DNA from: Macrostomum lignano
Taxonomy: Eukaryota
NCBI GenBank assembly: GCA_002269645.1
Contig: NIVC01001344.1
Location: forward strand, 172,908 to 236,907
Length of the DNA: 64,000 nucleotides
Direction: 5' to 3'
Each line of letters starts with the position of its first letter. Position 1 is the first letter of the stretch. The translations under genes were made by a program, and so were the position numbers. The notes beneath the pieces were generated by a model that saw only the letters and a program-made list of their open reading frames with translations, made no database searches and had not been told where the DNA came from. This document shows positions 14,492 to 26,504 of the stretch, piece by piece.

Positions 14492-16699
14492 AAAAATACC
14501 TACATGAGATATAGAAATTGATCATACTCTATACATTGGGTAGCAAGTCAATTTGCCAAAAGTTATTTTGCCAAACAATTAAACATGCCAGACTAGAAGG
14601 AGCCAAACAAGATAAAGCAGTGTTTGCAAAAAAGCAGGCAGTGGCTGAGAGAGTGGATCCCAATGGAATCAAGTGAAGCATTTATTTATTTGTTTAAATG
14701 AGTTTCTATTTATTGGTTCATAAGAAGAATTTAAAAAATTAAGAAATAATGGCAAAGACAAGATGGGCTAGGTACATAGGCTTTAAGCTAGCCAGCATGG
14801 TCAATACCCCTACACCTCAACCCCTGCCAAAGTACAGAGACATATACAGCAACACCCCCTAGCACCTTTAACATACCTTACTTAGAGAGTAAAAATTGCA
14901 TCAAGCATGCCAGAAGGAGCCAAACAAGACAAAGCAGTTGCAAAAAAGTAGGCAATGGCCTGAGAAAGTGGATCCCAACCTTAATGAATGGGAAAAGAAG
15001 GAGTAAAAGTAGGATAGCAGATTTAGGTAGAAGCAGCCTATAACTGCAAAGCCATGAAGATAGCTTTTGCTGCCAAGTCATCATTGAAGTCAGTGGCATC
15101 AAATTCAGCTACAGCCAGAGCTTCTACTACCAAGTTGTTAAATTCAGCAGTGTTGACTCCAGCTATAGCTTAGTATCAGCTATGCAATTGCAGGATTTCC
15201 AATTAATTTTGCCTGCTGCATCAATTGTTAGTATTGCTATTGGGAAATTGCCACTGTTGCCAGGAACCTGGCAACACTTCCAATGTTGCCAGGAACCACA
15301 GTCACACTGTAGTGCCTGCTGCTATATAGACATGCTTTTGACATATGCAGCATTGATCCATTGCTGTTTTATAATAGGACACTCTGCACATGTGCCTGGT
15401 TTTATATTGGTGATGCACTTGCTAGCAGCAAAGCTTGTAGTGAATGCATATTGCAAAGAGGAGTGGTTGCTTGCAGTTGGTAAATCTATGTATAGGCCTA
15501 TAGTAATTGGTCATAAGTCTTAAGTAGTAAAGAAAGGGCAAAGAAGATGGAGTGGGTCCCATTTTAGCTACTATAACATGCAAAAGTAGGAAGGAAAAGT
15601 GTCTTTTAATACATATTGGCTTAATTGCTATATAGCATATATGACAATTATTGGACAAGAAATTATTCTCCTCATATTTTGTTTTCATATATTGATAATC
15701 AATAAAAAAACTAAAAATTGAACTTATGACCTTATACACTGTAAAGTCAAAAGATTATGGTTTAAGCTAAGTGAGAAAAATAAGTCAGACCCAGACTAGC
15801 CAAGTTAGAGATTATGTATTTGAGGTTCTAAAAGTGAGCAATAATAATATGATGTACATAAATCATGTTAACCAAGATGTACATTTATGTTAGAATATAA
15901 TTAAGTCACTCAAAACAAATCTATAACAATACTGTAAGGCAATTACATGCAGGTCACCCAAGTATCACACTATGATATCAAAAGTCTTGTTAGCATTATT
16001 GTATACAGTACATTGTTATTTGAATTGGTGGATATCAGTTTCCTAAACAATACATTTTTAGCAAATCAACTTTCAATAAAAAGGTATTTGGCAAATTGAC
16101 TTTTGGCAAAAAAGGTTTTTGGCAAATTATCTAGTGTTCATACATAGAAGACTAAGTTAGCTACATAAACATGTATAACTACCTTGATTTATATTGGCTA
16201 TGCAGCTTACTTTTTGACCAAAAATATGACTTACCTAGGTATAAAAGAAATCTAAGCAGAATAATGTTTTCAACATTTATATGTGATATCTTTACCAAAA
16301 GAAAAAATTTCTATAACCCAAGTTGCTAAGATTGATTCTTTGCTTTTAATAAAATAAAATTTCTATAAACTCTTTCTAACATGGAAAAAATGATTCTCAA
16401 ATGTGTTGACTTTTTTTATTCATCTATATTCAAAGCTTTCTAACCTTAATCCATATGAGATTAAAGGTGCAATCAGGTAGGTTGCTATTTAATAAAAAGC
16501 CAGTATATTCACAATGATACTAGGCATCATAGCCATCATATGGAATCCATTAGATTCTCAAAATTGTAGGTAAAATACAGATGGCAGAATTATGACACTT
16601 AATATCTATTACCAATTTATTATGATCATCATAACCTTGACCCTTGACATATTTGGCAGTTAAAGACCCTTTGGTATCAATTGCATTTTTCACCAATAG

Positions 16700-17960
16700 C
16701 GTTATCTGTCTTAACATTAGTGGCAAAGCCAGTGGTCACCATGGCTTTGCATTGTGGCACTGACAGTAATCAGTAGCATCTATACAGAGACAGGCCAATT
16801 TCTAATACAAGATACCATTTTAATCAACTTGGTAAATATGGTAATAGTTGGCAATGTCTAGCATTATAGATAGGTTTACCATTTGCAGCACATTTCAAAA
16901 CTCCTTAATATCATAGGTTAGGGCCTATAATTTCAAAAAGCAAAATCTTCTTTTTATCACAACTACCAATTGTCAGTGTCTATCATGTCCTACACTATGA
17001 CTACTAGCCTCTGCTTATTTGTAGACACTTGGTTATCATACTATTGCTTAATGGCTACTCCCACACTATTAGTGGCACCTTTGCCATGGTTGGCCTTGGT
17101 GAAGATCCATTGCTAGCAATAGATATTGACTTATTGCAATAATTGATCAAACAAAAATATTGCTATCCTATTGCAGTATAAGAATTGGCTGCTAGGTGAA
17201 TTAGAAATGATAGTGACTTGCTTAGTAACTTTACTTAAGGCCAATAAAAAGTGCTTTAGGATAGGTTGTAGGTGTGTAGCAATTCCTTCTATATTCTTGA
17301 TGTAATCTAGCAATAGAGAAACAAATAACACACCTCATCATCTACTTGTAGATGAAACCCTAGTAAATTGTCACTTGCTTGCAATCCCCAAAGTGGACTA
17401 GTTGTCTCTTGGGTAGTACATTGCACTATATACCTCACTAAGGTCTATGTGTAGCACTAAAAGAATTTTCCTAGAGCAATACAATTACCAGAGCAAATAC
17501 ACTGTACTATGCTTTGCATGTGGTTCTGTCATTTGAATGCTATGGCACTATCTACAATATGCTTGATAGTGGCTTCCAAATCATTAAAGGTAGCTTGTCT
17601 TTGCTGATCAGCTTTAGATCTTTGCCACCTCTACTGCTTCAGTTTTTTCTTTTTCCACCTTCAAACATGTAAATAAACACAAAATTTCTTCCTTTTCTTT
17701 CTAGTTTATCCTGCTGTTTGACAGCTTTAGACCAACTCAACTGCTAATCAGCAGTGCTCTTAATCTGTTTAGTAGTATTCATTGAATTAGGTTTAATCTG
17801 ACACTTTTCTGGTCTTCTACTGCATCCAATTCTATAATAGTTTTTTTTCTTATAATAGAATGTTTTTGTCTTAACCAATTCTACTTTATAAATCCCTGAA
17901 GATCAGCATAATGCTTTCTTTCTCTCATTTTTATAAGACCTGCATGTGTGCTACTTCTTT
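16700..17960 (-). pseudogene. Degenerate DNA-transposase fossil, superfamily unassigned
   Basis: Minus-strand pieces LHIDLSE, IATHLQPIL, IISNSPSSQF and WIFTKANHGKGATNSVG resemble the HIDFSENY / SD..S.QY / HGKG..DG.G pattern of invertebrate cut-and-paste transposases. Many stops. Confidence 0.6.
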
Positions 17961-19440
17961 GATGGCATGCTAATTAAGTATTGATCTTTTTTGAACTAAA
18001 AATAAGCAATTTTATTTGATAAATAGGTGTTGAGCTTTTATTGTTTGATCTAAATGCATAAATCTAAATTTTAGCTTCAAGCAATGAGCTGATATGTACA
18101 TTTTTTTAATACTTTTTTTGTGGCAATACACATGTAATTCATATCTATATAACCATGTTTACTATTGTCAGTAGTAAGGAAAATATTTTTATAGTTTCTT
18201 TTTTGGCATTAGTATGCAACTAAAGGCTAAATCTATCAATTAAAAAGTAAAGTTGCTAATCATGCATTAATTGGTCTAATAAATTCATGCATGCAAGTCT
18301 AAATCAAAAAAATTAGAATACATAGAAACCTAATGAGCCAAAAAGTTAATTAGATAGTTACAACTATCATTGTATATATAGACCTACAGGACTATTTTCA
18401 TATTTTTTTTAAAATGCATAGTTTCATTTACATTTATGTTTCTTTAACATATTGATTTTTGTGTTAGATTACTTTAAATATATTATAAAATGTAAAAACC
18501 AATCTTAAGAATAATTTGTTTAGTAAAAACAATAACGAGTATAACACATAAAATTTTGACTAATATATTAGGTATTTAAATAGCCAAGTCTCTTATAAAC
18601 AGACAAAATATCTTCCCAAAACCTAGCAAAATGCTAAGAACTTTTGTATGTTTTATTAGGGGCATAAAAGGCTCTATGAAACAGAATTACTTTAGTGCTG
18701 CTTGCCTTATTGTAGGCAGCTTAATCTTTCTTTGTTAGGTTAATTTTTGCTAATATGAAACTGAAAAATTGTAATTGAATTAACATAACTCTTAAAATTT
18801 TAGACGACACTGCCTAATATAGTACTATATTATTAAAAAAACTGACTTTTAAAAAAAAAACAGCTGGAAACACATTTCTTTAATTCTATCTAATAAACAA
18901 ATAAATTGAAAGTTAGTTCCTTCATCTTTTATAGTGTCATATTTCCAAAAAAAGTCAAAATACTCATAAAAAAGTCTATTCAACAAGCCAATGATTTTGA
19001 TGGTTTTCAGGTTGTAAGAAATAAAGATATGAGTTATATTTGATAGTTTTGATTTTTAATAAAACCAAGTAAGCTAAATATCATATCTATAAAGTGGGTA
19101 TTAAACCTAAAACAATATTTAAAAAATAAATTAAACTAAGATGGCACACTCTCTTGACATTGACTACAAAATTTTAATTAAAAAGTGATTATTGATCATT
19201 ATTAGCATTTATTTTTTTTAGTAGTGTAAACCAAATAAATAAATAAGCCTTCAGTTTAGGGTTTGCTTTATTGCTTGCATCAAAGCTTTATAAACAACTT
19301 AGACCATAGTATGGAGGTATGGATATTTTTTAATAAAGGTATAATAATATAATTTATCACACTGGAGTTTATGAAATATAAATATGAATATGTTCCAAAC
19401 AAGGGACTCCATGTTGTATCCCTCCAAATTTCCTGCTTCC

Positions 19441-19956
19441 ATGCTGCTCCGATTGCTTCCCCGTCTGCTTTTGCCGGCAGCGGCTCCGTCTGGCTGCTTC
19501 TGCAACAGTAATTGGGCACTTGTTCGCAAGCCTGTCGCTGCTGCCACTGCCGCCGCCTACTCCTCCAGCAGCACCGCGCCAGCAGACGCGCCTGCCGGGC
19601 CGCCAGTCTCAGTAACAGTGATTGACAAGTCTGGCAAGGAGCACCAGGTATCCGGTCAGTCTGGCGAGAACCTGCTGCGCCTGCTCCAACGATACGAGCT
19701 GCCTGTTGAAGGCGCTTGCGAAGCCTCTCTGGCCTGCTGCACCTGTCACGTGTACGTCGATGCTCCAGATTCAGCCGATCTGTCCTCGGTGACCGAAGCC
19801 GAAGAGGACATGCTGGACATGGCGCCATTCCTGCGCGAGAACTCCCGGCTGAGCTGCCAGATTGTCCTGGCCGCCGGGCTCGATGGCATGCGCGTCACCC
19901 TGCCGCAGGCTACTAGGAACTTCTATGTTGATGGTCACGTGCCTAAGCCGCATTGA
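19441..19956 (+). CDS. FDX2: Mitochondrial 2Fe-2S ferredoxin, adrenodoxin-like (FDX2 type), intronless
   Basis: Cluster motif EGACEASLACCTCH...SRLSCQ, FDX2-type C-terminus TRNFYVDGHVPKPH and an Arg/Leu/Ser-rich presequence MLLRLLPRLL. ATG 19441 is preferred over upstream ATGs in AT-rich DNA. Confidence 0.93.
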   Translation: MLLRLLPRLLLPAAAPSGCFCNSNWALVRKPVAAATAAAYSSSSTAPADAPAGPPVSVTVIDKSGKEHQVSGQSGENLLRLLQRYELPVEGACEASLACCTCHVYVDAPDSADLSSVTEAEEDMLDMAPFLRENSRLSCQIVLAAGLDGMRVTLPQATRNFYVDGHVPKPH

Positions 19957-20149
19957 CTTCTCTTTAGTATTGCCTTGTTATTGGTGTGGTCTGTGTCCGT
20001 TTGATCGGGCGGGGGGGGGGGTTCGCGCCCCAATGACCTCATTATTATTACTCTCTCCGAGTGACACACTGGTCCTTTTATGACTCACTGATTGCTGAAT
20101 GACTCCTCAGTGACTCCGCTATGACTCCTGAATGACTCCTTAGTGACTC

Positions 20150-20745
20150 TCTATGATTCTCTAAGGACTCTCTAAGGACTCTCTAAGCACTACCTAAATA
20201 CTCCCTAAGGACTACCTAATAAGGACTCTAAAGACTACTTAAAGACTCCCTAAGGACTACCTAAGGACTCTCTAAGGACTCCCTAAGGACTCCATAAGGA
20301 CTACTTAAGGACTCTCTAAGGACTACCTAAGGACTACCTAAGGACTCTCTAAGGACTCCCTAAGGACTCTCTAAGGACTCTCTAAGGACTCTCTAAGGAC
20401 TCCCTAAGGATTCTCTAAGGACTACCTAAGAACTCTCTAAGGACTTACCTAAGGACTCTCTAAGGACTACCTAAGGACTCCCTAAGGACTCCCTAAGGAC
20501 TACCTAAGGACTACCTAAGGACTACCTAAGGACTCCCTAAGGACTACCTAAGGACTCTCTAAGGACTCCCTAAGGATTCTCTAAGGACTACCTAAGAACT
20601 CTCTAAGGACTTACCTAAGGACTCTCTAAGGACTACCTAAGGACTACCTAAGGACTCCCTAAGGACTCCCTAAGGACTACCTAAGGACTACCTAAGGACT
20701 CCCTAAGGACTACCTAAGGACTCTCTAAGGACTACCTAAGGACTC
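20150..20745. repeat. 11-bp minisatellite (CTAAGGACTCT / CTAAGGACTAC)n
   Basis: Read directly, in the FDX2-ZDHHC12 spacer. Confidence 0.9.
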
Positions 20746-21094
20746 TCTTCTTCATTCATATTAAACGGGCCGATGGCATTCTTCATACGAGCGTATGTTG
20801 CGTTGGCTTGAACTTTCAATTAATCAATTTTGTCTATCCCTATGACCATTTGATTTTCCCCGACATGATCGCCGTTTGAGCTTCCTGTCTGGGTTAGCTG
20901 TCACTCTATAGTGTTGTATTTATTCTAGATACCTTAGCCAGTCTAGCTGATCATCTGTTCATTATTTTCACACATATTTGAAAATATAACTAAAACCCAT
21001 TGTTGTACTTTGACTGCAGTATCTAGTTTATTATTTTGACAATATTTCTGTTGCTTCTCTCTCTCTAGTGAGAGTCGCTACTTTCAATAAATAT

Positions 21095-21712
21095 CCTCCT
21101 GAAATAATCGTCTCATAGAAATCGCCTCCTGAAATAATCGTCTCATAGAAATCGCCTCCTGAAATAATCGTCTCATAGAAATCGCCTCTTAAAAAAAATC
21201 GCCTTATAGAAATCGCCTCTTGAAAAAAATCGCCTTATAGAAATCGCCTACAAAAATTGCCTCTGAAAATCGCCGCTAGAAATCGCATCTAGAAATCACC
21301 TCTTGAAATTGCCTCTAGAAATCGCCTCTAGAAATCGCCTCTTGAAATCGCCTCTAGAAATCGCCTTTAGAAATCACCTCTAGAAATCACCTCTTGAAAT
21401 CGCCTCTAGAAATCGCCTTTAGAAATCACCTCTAGAAATCACCTCTTGAAATTGCCTCTAGAAATCGCCTTTAGAAATCACCTCTAGAAATCACCTCTTG
21501 AAATTGCCTCTAGAAATCGCCTTTAGAAATCACCTCTAGAAATCACCTCTTGAAATTGCCTCTAGAAATCGCCTTTAGAAATCACCTCTAGAAATCACCT
21601 CTTGAAATTGCCTCTAGAAATCGCCTTTAGAAATCACCTCTAGAAATCACCTCTTGAAATTGCCTCTAGAAATCGCCTTTAGAAATCACCTCTAAAAATC
21701 ACCTCTTGAAAT
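21095..21712. repeat. 13-bp repeat (AGAAATCRCCTCT) organised as a 52-bp higher-order unit
   Basis: A four-monomer block AGAAATCACCTCT-AGAAATCACCTCT-TGAAATTGCCTCT-AGAAATCGCCTTT recurs at 21420-21700. Confidence 0.9.
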
Positions 21713-21736
21713 AATCGTCCCAAGATAGCCGAGCAA

Positions 21737-23605
21737 ATGCCGGTCAGCAGTCGGCAGTGATCCTCATTCGCCCCCTAATCCCCTGCTACTCCAGTTGACC
21801 AGCAGCGGTTCCCGCTTCGACCGACGCCGCGGCCGCCCTACCGGCTCCGGCCTCAGAGCTGTGCTGATCCGCCTCGGACACGCGGCCCTGTGCCTCGCCG
21901 TGTTAGCCAGCCTGCTGGCTCAGAAGTCCCAGCTCAGGCTGGCTCTGCTGCCGGACTCGCCCGGGCTGATTGGCGGCCTGGCTTATCTGGCTCTGTTCAC
22001 TGTGTCGCTGCTGCTCTACTTTGTTACTAGCCTGATTGATCCGGGATATGTGTCCAACCAGCTGCATGCGGTACGTTGGGGCGCCCAGCAGCTGTGGCCT
22101 GTGGGGTCAATTCGCTCAAGTATTGGGAACAGTTTCAGGATAGTAGAAGTAGATCGGAGTGGAGAGTAGTGGATCACGTAGCAGTGAAGTAGATCACGGT
22201 GGAGGGGAGGGGACTAGGTCACAGGGGAGGGAAGTAGATCACAGGGGAGGGTAGTAGATCACAGGGGAGGGTAGTAGGTCACAGGGGAGGGAAGTAGATC
22301 ACAGGGGAGGGTAGTAGATCACAGGGGAGGGTAGTAGGTCACAGGGGAGGGAAGTAGATCACAGGGGAGGGTAGTAGATCACAGGGGAGGGTAGTAGGTC
22401 ACAGGGGAGGGAAGTAGATCACAGGGAAGGGTAGTAGATCACAGGGGAGGGTAGTAGGTCACAGGGGAGGGAAGTAGATCACAGGGGAGGGTAGTAGATC
22501 ACAGGGGAGGGTAGTAGGTCACAGGGGAGGGAAGTAGATCACAGGGAAGGGTAGTAGATCACAGGGGAGGGTAGTAGGTCACAGGGGAGGGAAGTAGATC
22601 ACAGGGGAGGGTAGTAGATCGCAAGGGAGGGTAGTAGATCACAGGGGAGGGAAGTAGATCGCAAGGGAGGGAAGTAGATCACAGGGGAGGGAAGTAGATC
22701 ACAGGGGAGGGAAGTAGATCACAGGGGAGGGTAGTAGATCACGGGGGAGGGAAGTAGATCACAGGGGAGGGAAGTAGATCACAGGGGAGGGTAGTAGATC
22801 ACGGGGGAGGGAAGTAGATCACAGAGAAGGGTAGTAGATCGCAAGGGAGGGAAGTAGATCACAGGGGAGGGTAGTAGATCACGGGGGAGGGAAGTAGATC
22901 ACAGAGAAGGGTAGTAGATCGCAAGGGAGGGTAGTAGATCACGGGGGAGGGAAGTAGATCACAGAGAAGGGTAGTAGATCGCAAGGGAGGGTAGTAGATC
23001 ACGGGGGAGGGAAGTAGATCACAGGGGAGGGTAGTAGATCGCAAGGGAGGGTAGTAGATCACAAGGGAGGGTAGTAGATCACAGGGGAGGGTAGTAGCTC
23101 GCAAGGAAGGGTAGTAGATCACGGGGGAGTGAAGTAGATCGCAAGGAAGGTTAGTAGATCACAGAGGAGGGTAGTAGATCACAGAGGAGGGTAGTAGATC
23201 ACAGGGGAGTGAAGTAGATGCTGTTTGCAATATCTATCTCCCTAATCGCCAGCAATCTGGCAACGGGCGACTGACTTCTCCGCCGTCCGACGGCGAGGAC
23301 GACGCCGACGATGGCGACGGTCGCGACTTGCCGGCGAGTCGGCGATCGCTGGAGCTGCGCTTCTGCCGCTACTGCCTGATCGAGCAGCCGCTGCGGGCCC
23401 GGCACTGCGAGGACTGCGGCAGGTGCGTGTCCAGGTTCGATCACCACTGCCCCTGGGTGGAGAACTGCATCGGCGAGAGGAACCACGCCACCTTCCTGGC
23501 CTTCCTGCTGTGCCAGTCCGTCTGCATCTGGTGGACCGTGTTCTATGTTTGGTGAGCTGGCAGGGGTTTTCTGAGCTGGCTGTCTGTCTGTCCGTCTGTC
23601 TGTCC

Positions 23606-23697
<92 letters not shown>

Positions 23698-23816
23698 TAG
23701 GGTCTGTCTGTCTGTCTGTCTTAGTGTCTGTCTGTCCGTCTGTCTGTCTGTCTGTCTATCTGTCTGTCTGTCTGTCTGTCTGTCTTAGGGTCTGTCTGTC
23801 TGTCTGTCTGTCTGTC

Positions 23817-23864
<48 letters not shown>

Positions 23865-24108
23865 AGTGTCTGTCTGTCTCTGTCTGTCTGTCTGTCTGTC
23901 TGTTTGAGTGTCTGTCTGTCTGTCTGTTTGAGTGTCTGTCTGTCTCTGTCTGTCTGTCTGTCTGTCTGTTTGAGTGTCTGTCTGTCTGTCTGTCTATCTG
24001 TTTGAGTGTCTGTCTGTCTCTGTCTGTCCGTCTGTCTGTCTGTCTGTCTATCTGTCTGTCTGTCTGTCTGTCTGTCTTAGGGTCTGTCTGTCTGTCTGTC
24101 TGTCTGTC

Positions 24109-24164
<56 letters not shown>

Positions 24165-24236
24165 AGTGTCTGTCTGTCTCTGTCTGTCTGTCTGTTTGAG
24201 TGTCTGTCTGTCTGTCTGTTTGAGTGTCTGTCTGTC

Positions 24237-24267
<31 letters not shown>

Positions 24268-24897
24268 TTCTTTCTGTCTTTCTGTCTGAGTGTCTGTCTG
24301 TCTCTGTCTTTCTGTCTGAGTGTCTGTCTGCCTGTCTGTCTGTCTGTCTGTCTGTCTTTCTTTCTTTCTGTCTTTCTGTCTGAGTGTCTGTCTGTCTCTG
24401 TCTGTCTGTCTTTCTGTCTGAGTGTCTGTCTGCCTGTCTGTCTTTGTCTGTCTGTCTGCCTGTCTGTCTGTCTGTCTGTTTTTTTGTTTTTCCATCCGTC
24501 TGTGCGAGCCTTTCTCTGTCCCGTACTCACTCAGTCTTATCTCGCCGATCACTCGGATCCGCTCCACAGGCGGTCCATTCACACCAGGACGAGTGCCCTC
24601 AGATGGCTGGCGGCCAACTGGGCCTATACGGCGGACATGCTAGTGCTGGTTCTGGCTGGCCTGCCGCTGGCTTTCCTCACCATGTTCCACTGCTACCTGG
24701 CCTGCAGCAACACCACCACCTGGGAGCGAGTCTCCCGCGAGCGGATCAGCTACCTCAAGCACCTGGCCGAGACCTACAATCCGTTCCATGAGGGCTACTG
24801 CGTTAATTGCTTCAGATTCTGCTGTTCACGATTCCCCTACCGATGGGACATTGTGTACTCGAGGGCCAGTATGGACACTGAGCTGCCGGATGTGTAG
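21737..24897 (+). CDS. ZDHHC12: DHHC palmitoyltransferase, ZDHHC12-like; exons 21737-21742 (uncertain), 21795-22070, 23253-23551, 24570-24897
   Basis: [44 protein letters not shown] and NTTTWE motifs. Splice phases are consistent (GCG|GTACGT..CGCCAG; TG|GTGAGC..CCACAG|G restores Trp). Confidence 0.9.
22190..23215. repeat. 20-bp G-rich minisatellite (GATCACAGGGGAGGGTAGTA)n with a 60-bp higher-order unit, in a ZDHHC12 intron
   Basis: About 50 copies; near-identical 60-nt rows at 22261-22620. Confidence 0.95.
23580..24480. repeat. (CTGT)n microsatellite filling a ZDHHC12 intron
   Basis: Read directly. Confidence 0.97.
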
Positions 24898-24899
24898 CC

Positions 24900-25190
24900 G
24901 CAATGTACTCTGATTTTCCCTTCCCGCCCCGCCCCGCTATGTACACTGATTTTCCCTTCCCGCAATGTACAGATTGTCCCTTCCCTTCCTGCCCCCGCAA
25001 TGTACACTGATTGTCTCTTCCCGCCCCGCCCCACTATGTACACTGATTGTCTCTTCCCGCCCCCGCTATGTACACTGATTGTCTCTTCACGCCCCGCCCA
25101 CGCAATGTAAACTGATTTAACTTTCCCTTCCTGCCCCACCCCGTAATGTACAGATAGTCCTGACCAGCCCCGCCCCCAATGTACACTGAC
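24900..25190. repeat. Degenerate ~35-bp repeat (ATGTACACTGATTGTCTCTTCCCGCCCCG) in the ZDHHC12 3'UTR
   Basis: About 8 diverged copies starting just after the stop. Confidence 0.75.
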
Positions 25191-26077
25191 TGATAGTATT
25201 GACCAGCCACGCTTGTCGCAACGCTCAGCAGATTTTACAAAGATCAAACTGGTTGATTTGGTGGTTGGCAGTTAATCTGATAGATAAAAGTACAACGCAA
25301 TAAATGCCCTCGTGACACCTACTTTGTTCGTCCATATATTGTCTAAAGATTGTCGCTGTTTGTCTAAAGATTACTGTAGAATTAAGAATAATATATAATG
25401 TACAAGTTGTTGTGAGTAGCTACCTTCGTTTCTTCCCACGCTTATTAAGCAAAACTGTTCGATCCGAATAAAAAATTATACTAACATTGTAATGCATTTT
25501 TATGTTCAGCGTACACACACATTGCCTGACGTATTTTTACTGCCCACTTTGTATAGCATCTTTACTCGTGTATCCTGGCACTTTTATGTGTAAAAAACAA
25601 AAATATTTATGATAATTGGCGCGATTCATTGTTATTTGTTGTTGGCTGTAGTTGAACCTCTTGTTACAAGCCTCTTTACTACTATAAGTAATATACGAGT
25701 ATATAGTGCGCAAAACCAGACAATTTTTATTGCTAACGAAAACAGCCTTCAAGAGACTGAAACTTGAATAAATTAAATACAAGAATCCGTTTTATCAAAG
25801 CCACAATTTATGATAGGAAATGAACGACTGCGGCTTAAGAAATCACTGCCAACACACGATTGGTTTATTAAAGCAGCTTTTTTATTTGCTTCTCAATTCG
25901 CGCTGTCACACAGCTGGCCAAACGAACGAATTTTAAAACATTAATTCACCGTGTTATTTGGGATAAGCTAAATGCCGAAATATTGAAAACGACCGGCCGA
26001 TTGCGAATGATTTATGACATTTTAATTGGCAACAACCAACTGAAGAGCTTGCAGTTCACCTAATAACAGTGGCCAGG

Positions 26078-26452
26078 TTAAGCATCCTTGATCAGCTTGT
26101 CAACTGCGTCAATCTTGCGCTTAAGATTGTCCCACTGCTCCAAGGTCAGCGCGATGCCCTTCTTGCCGGGCTTCAGCTCGCCCGAGCTCTTGTCCTCGTA
26201 GAATTCGCGAATATCAACAAAAAATCGGCCGTGAAAATTGCTTAGAGACACGAAGCGACGGTTGCCAATAGTAACGCGCTTCTCGTCCGGGTCCTCGTTG
26301 TCGCTGTTGGCCGGGCGCTTGCGTTTGTCGCCGGCCTTGGCCTGCTGCTTGCTGTTGGCCCCTCCGGTGGCGGCGGCCTTCTTGGCGGCCGGCGGCTTTG
26401 GCTTGATCTCGTCTTCAACCGATGAGAGAGACGAGCTGTCCGAGTCTGACAT
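26078..26452 (-). CDS. SUB1: Transcriptional coactivator PC4 / SUB1 (124 aa)
   Basis: Ser/acidic then Lys-rich N-terminus, followed by RRFVSLSNFHGRFFVDIREFYED...LKPGKKGIALTLEQWDNLK (PC4 ssDNA-binding domain). Confidence 0.93.
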   Translation of the reverse strand: MSDSDSSSLSSVEDEIKPKPPAAKKAAATGGANSKQQAKAGDKRKRPANSDNEDPDEKRVTIGNRRFVSLSNFHGRFFVDIREFYEDKSSGELKPGKKGIALTLEQWDNLKRKIDAVDKLIKDA

Positions 26453-26504
26453 GCCGGGGCGCCTTCGAGGGATCGCACTGCAATGTTGACAAGGATCGGT
26501 CATA

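Noticed and set aside
24505-24535. Alternative ZDHHC12 acceptors at 24508 and 24534
   Set aside because: Wrong phase for the strong TG|GTGAGC donor; the acceptor at 24569 restores Trp and the family alignment.
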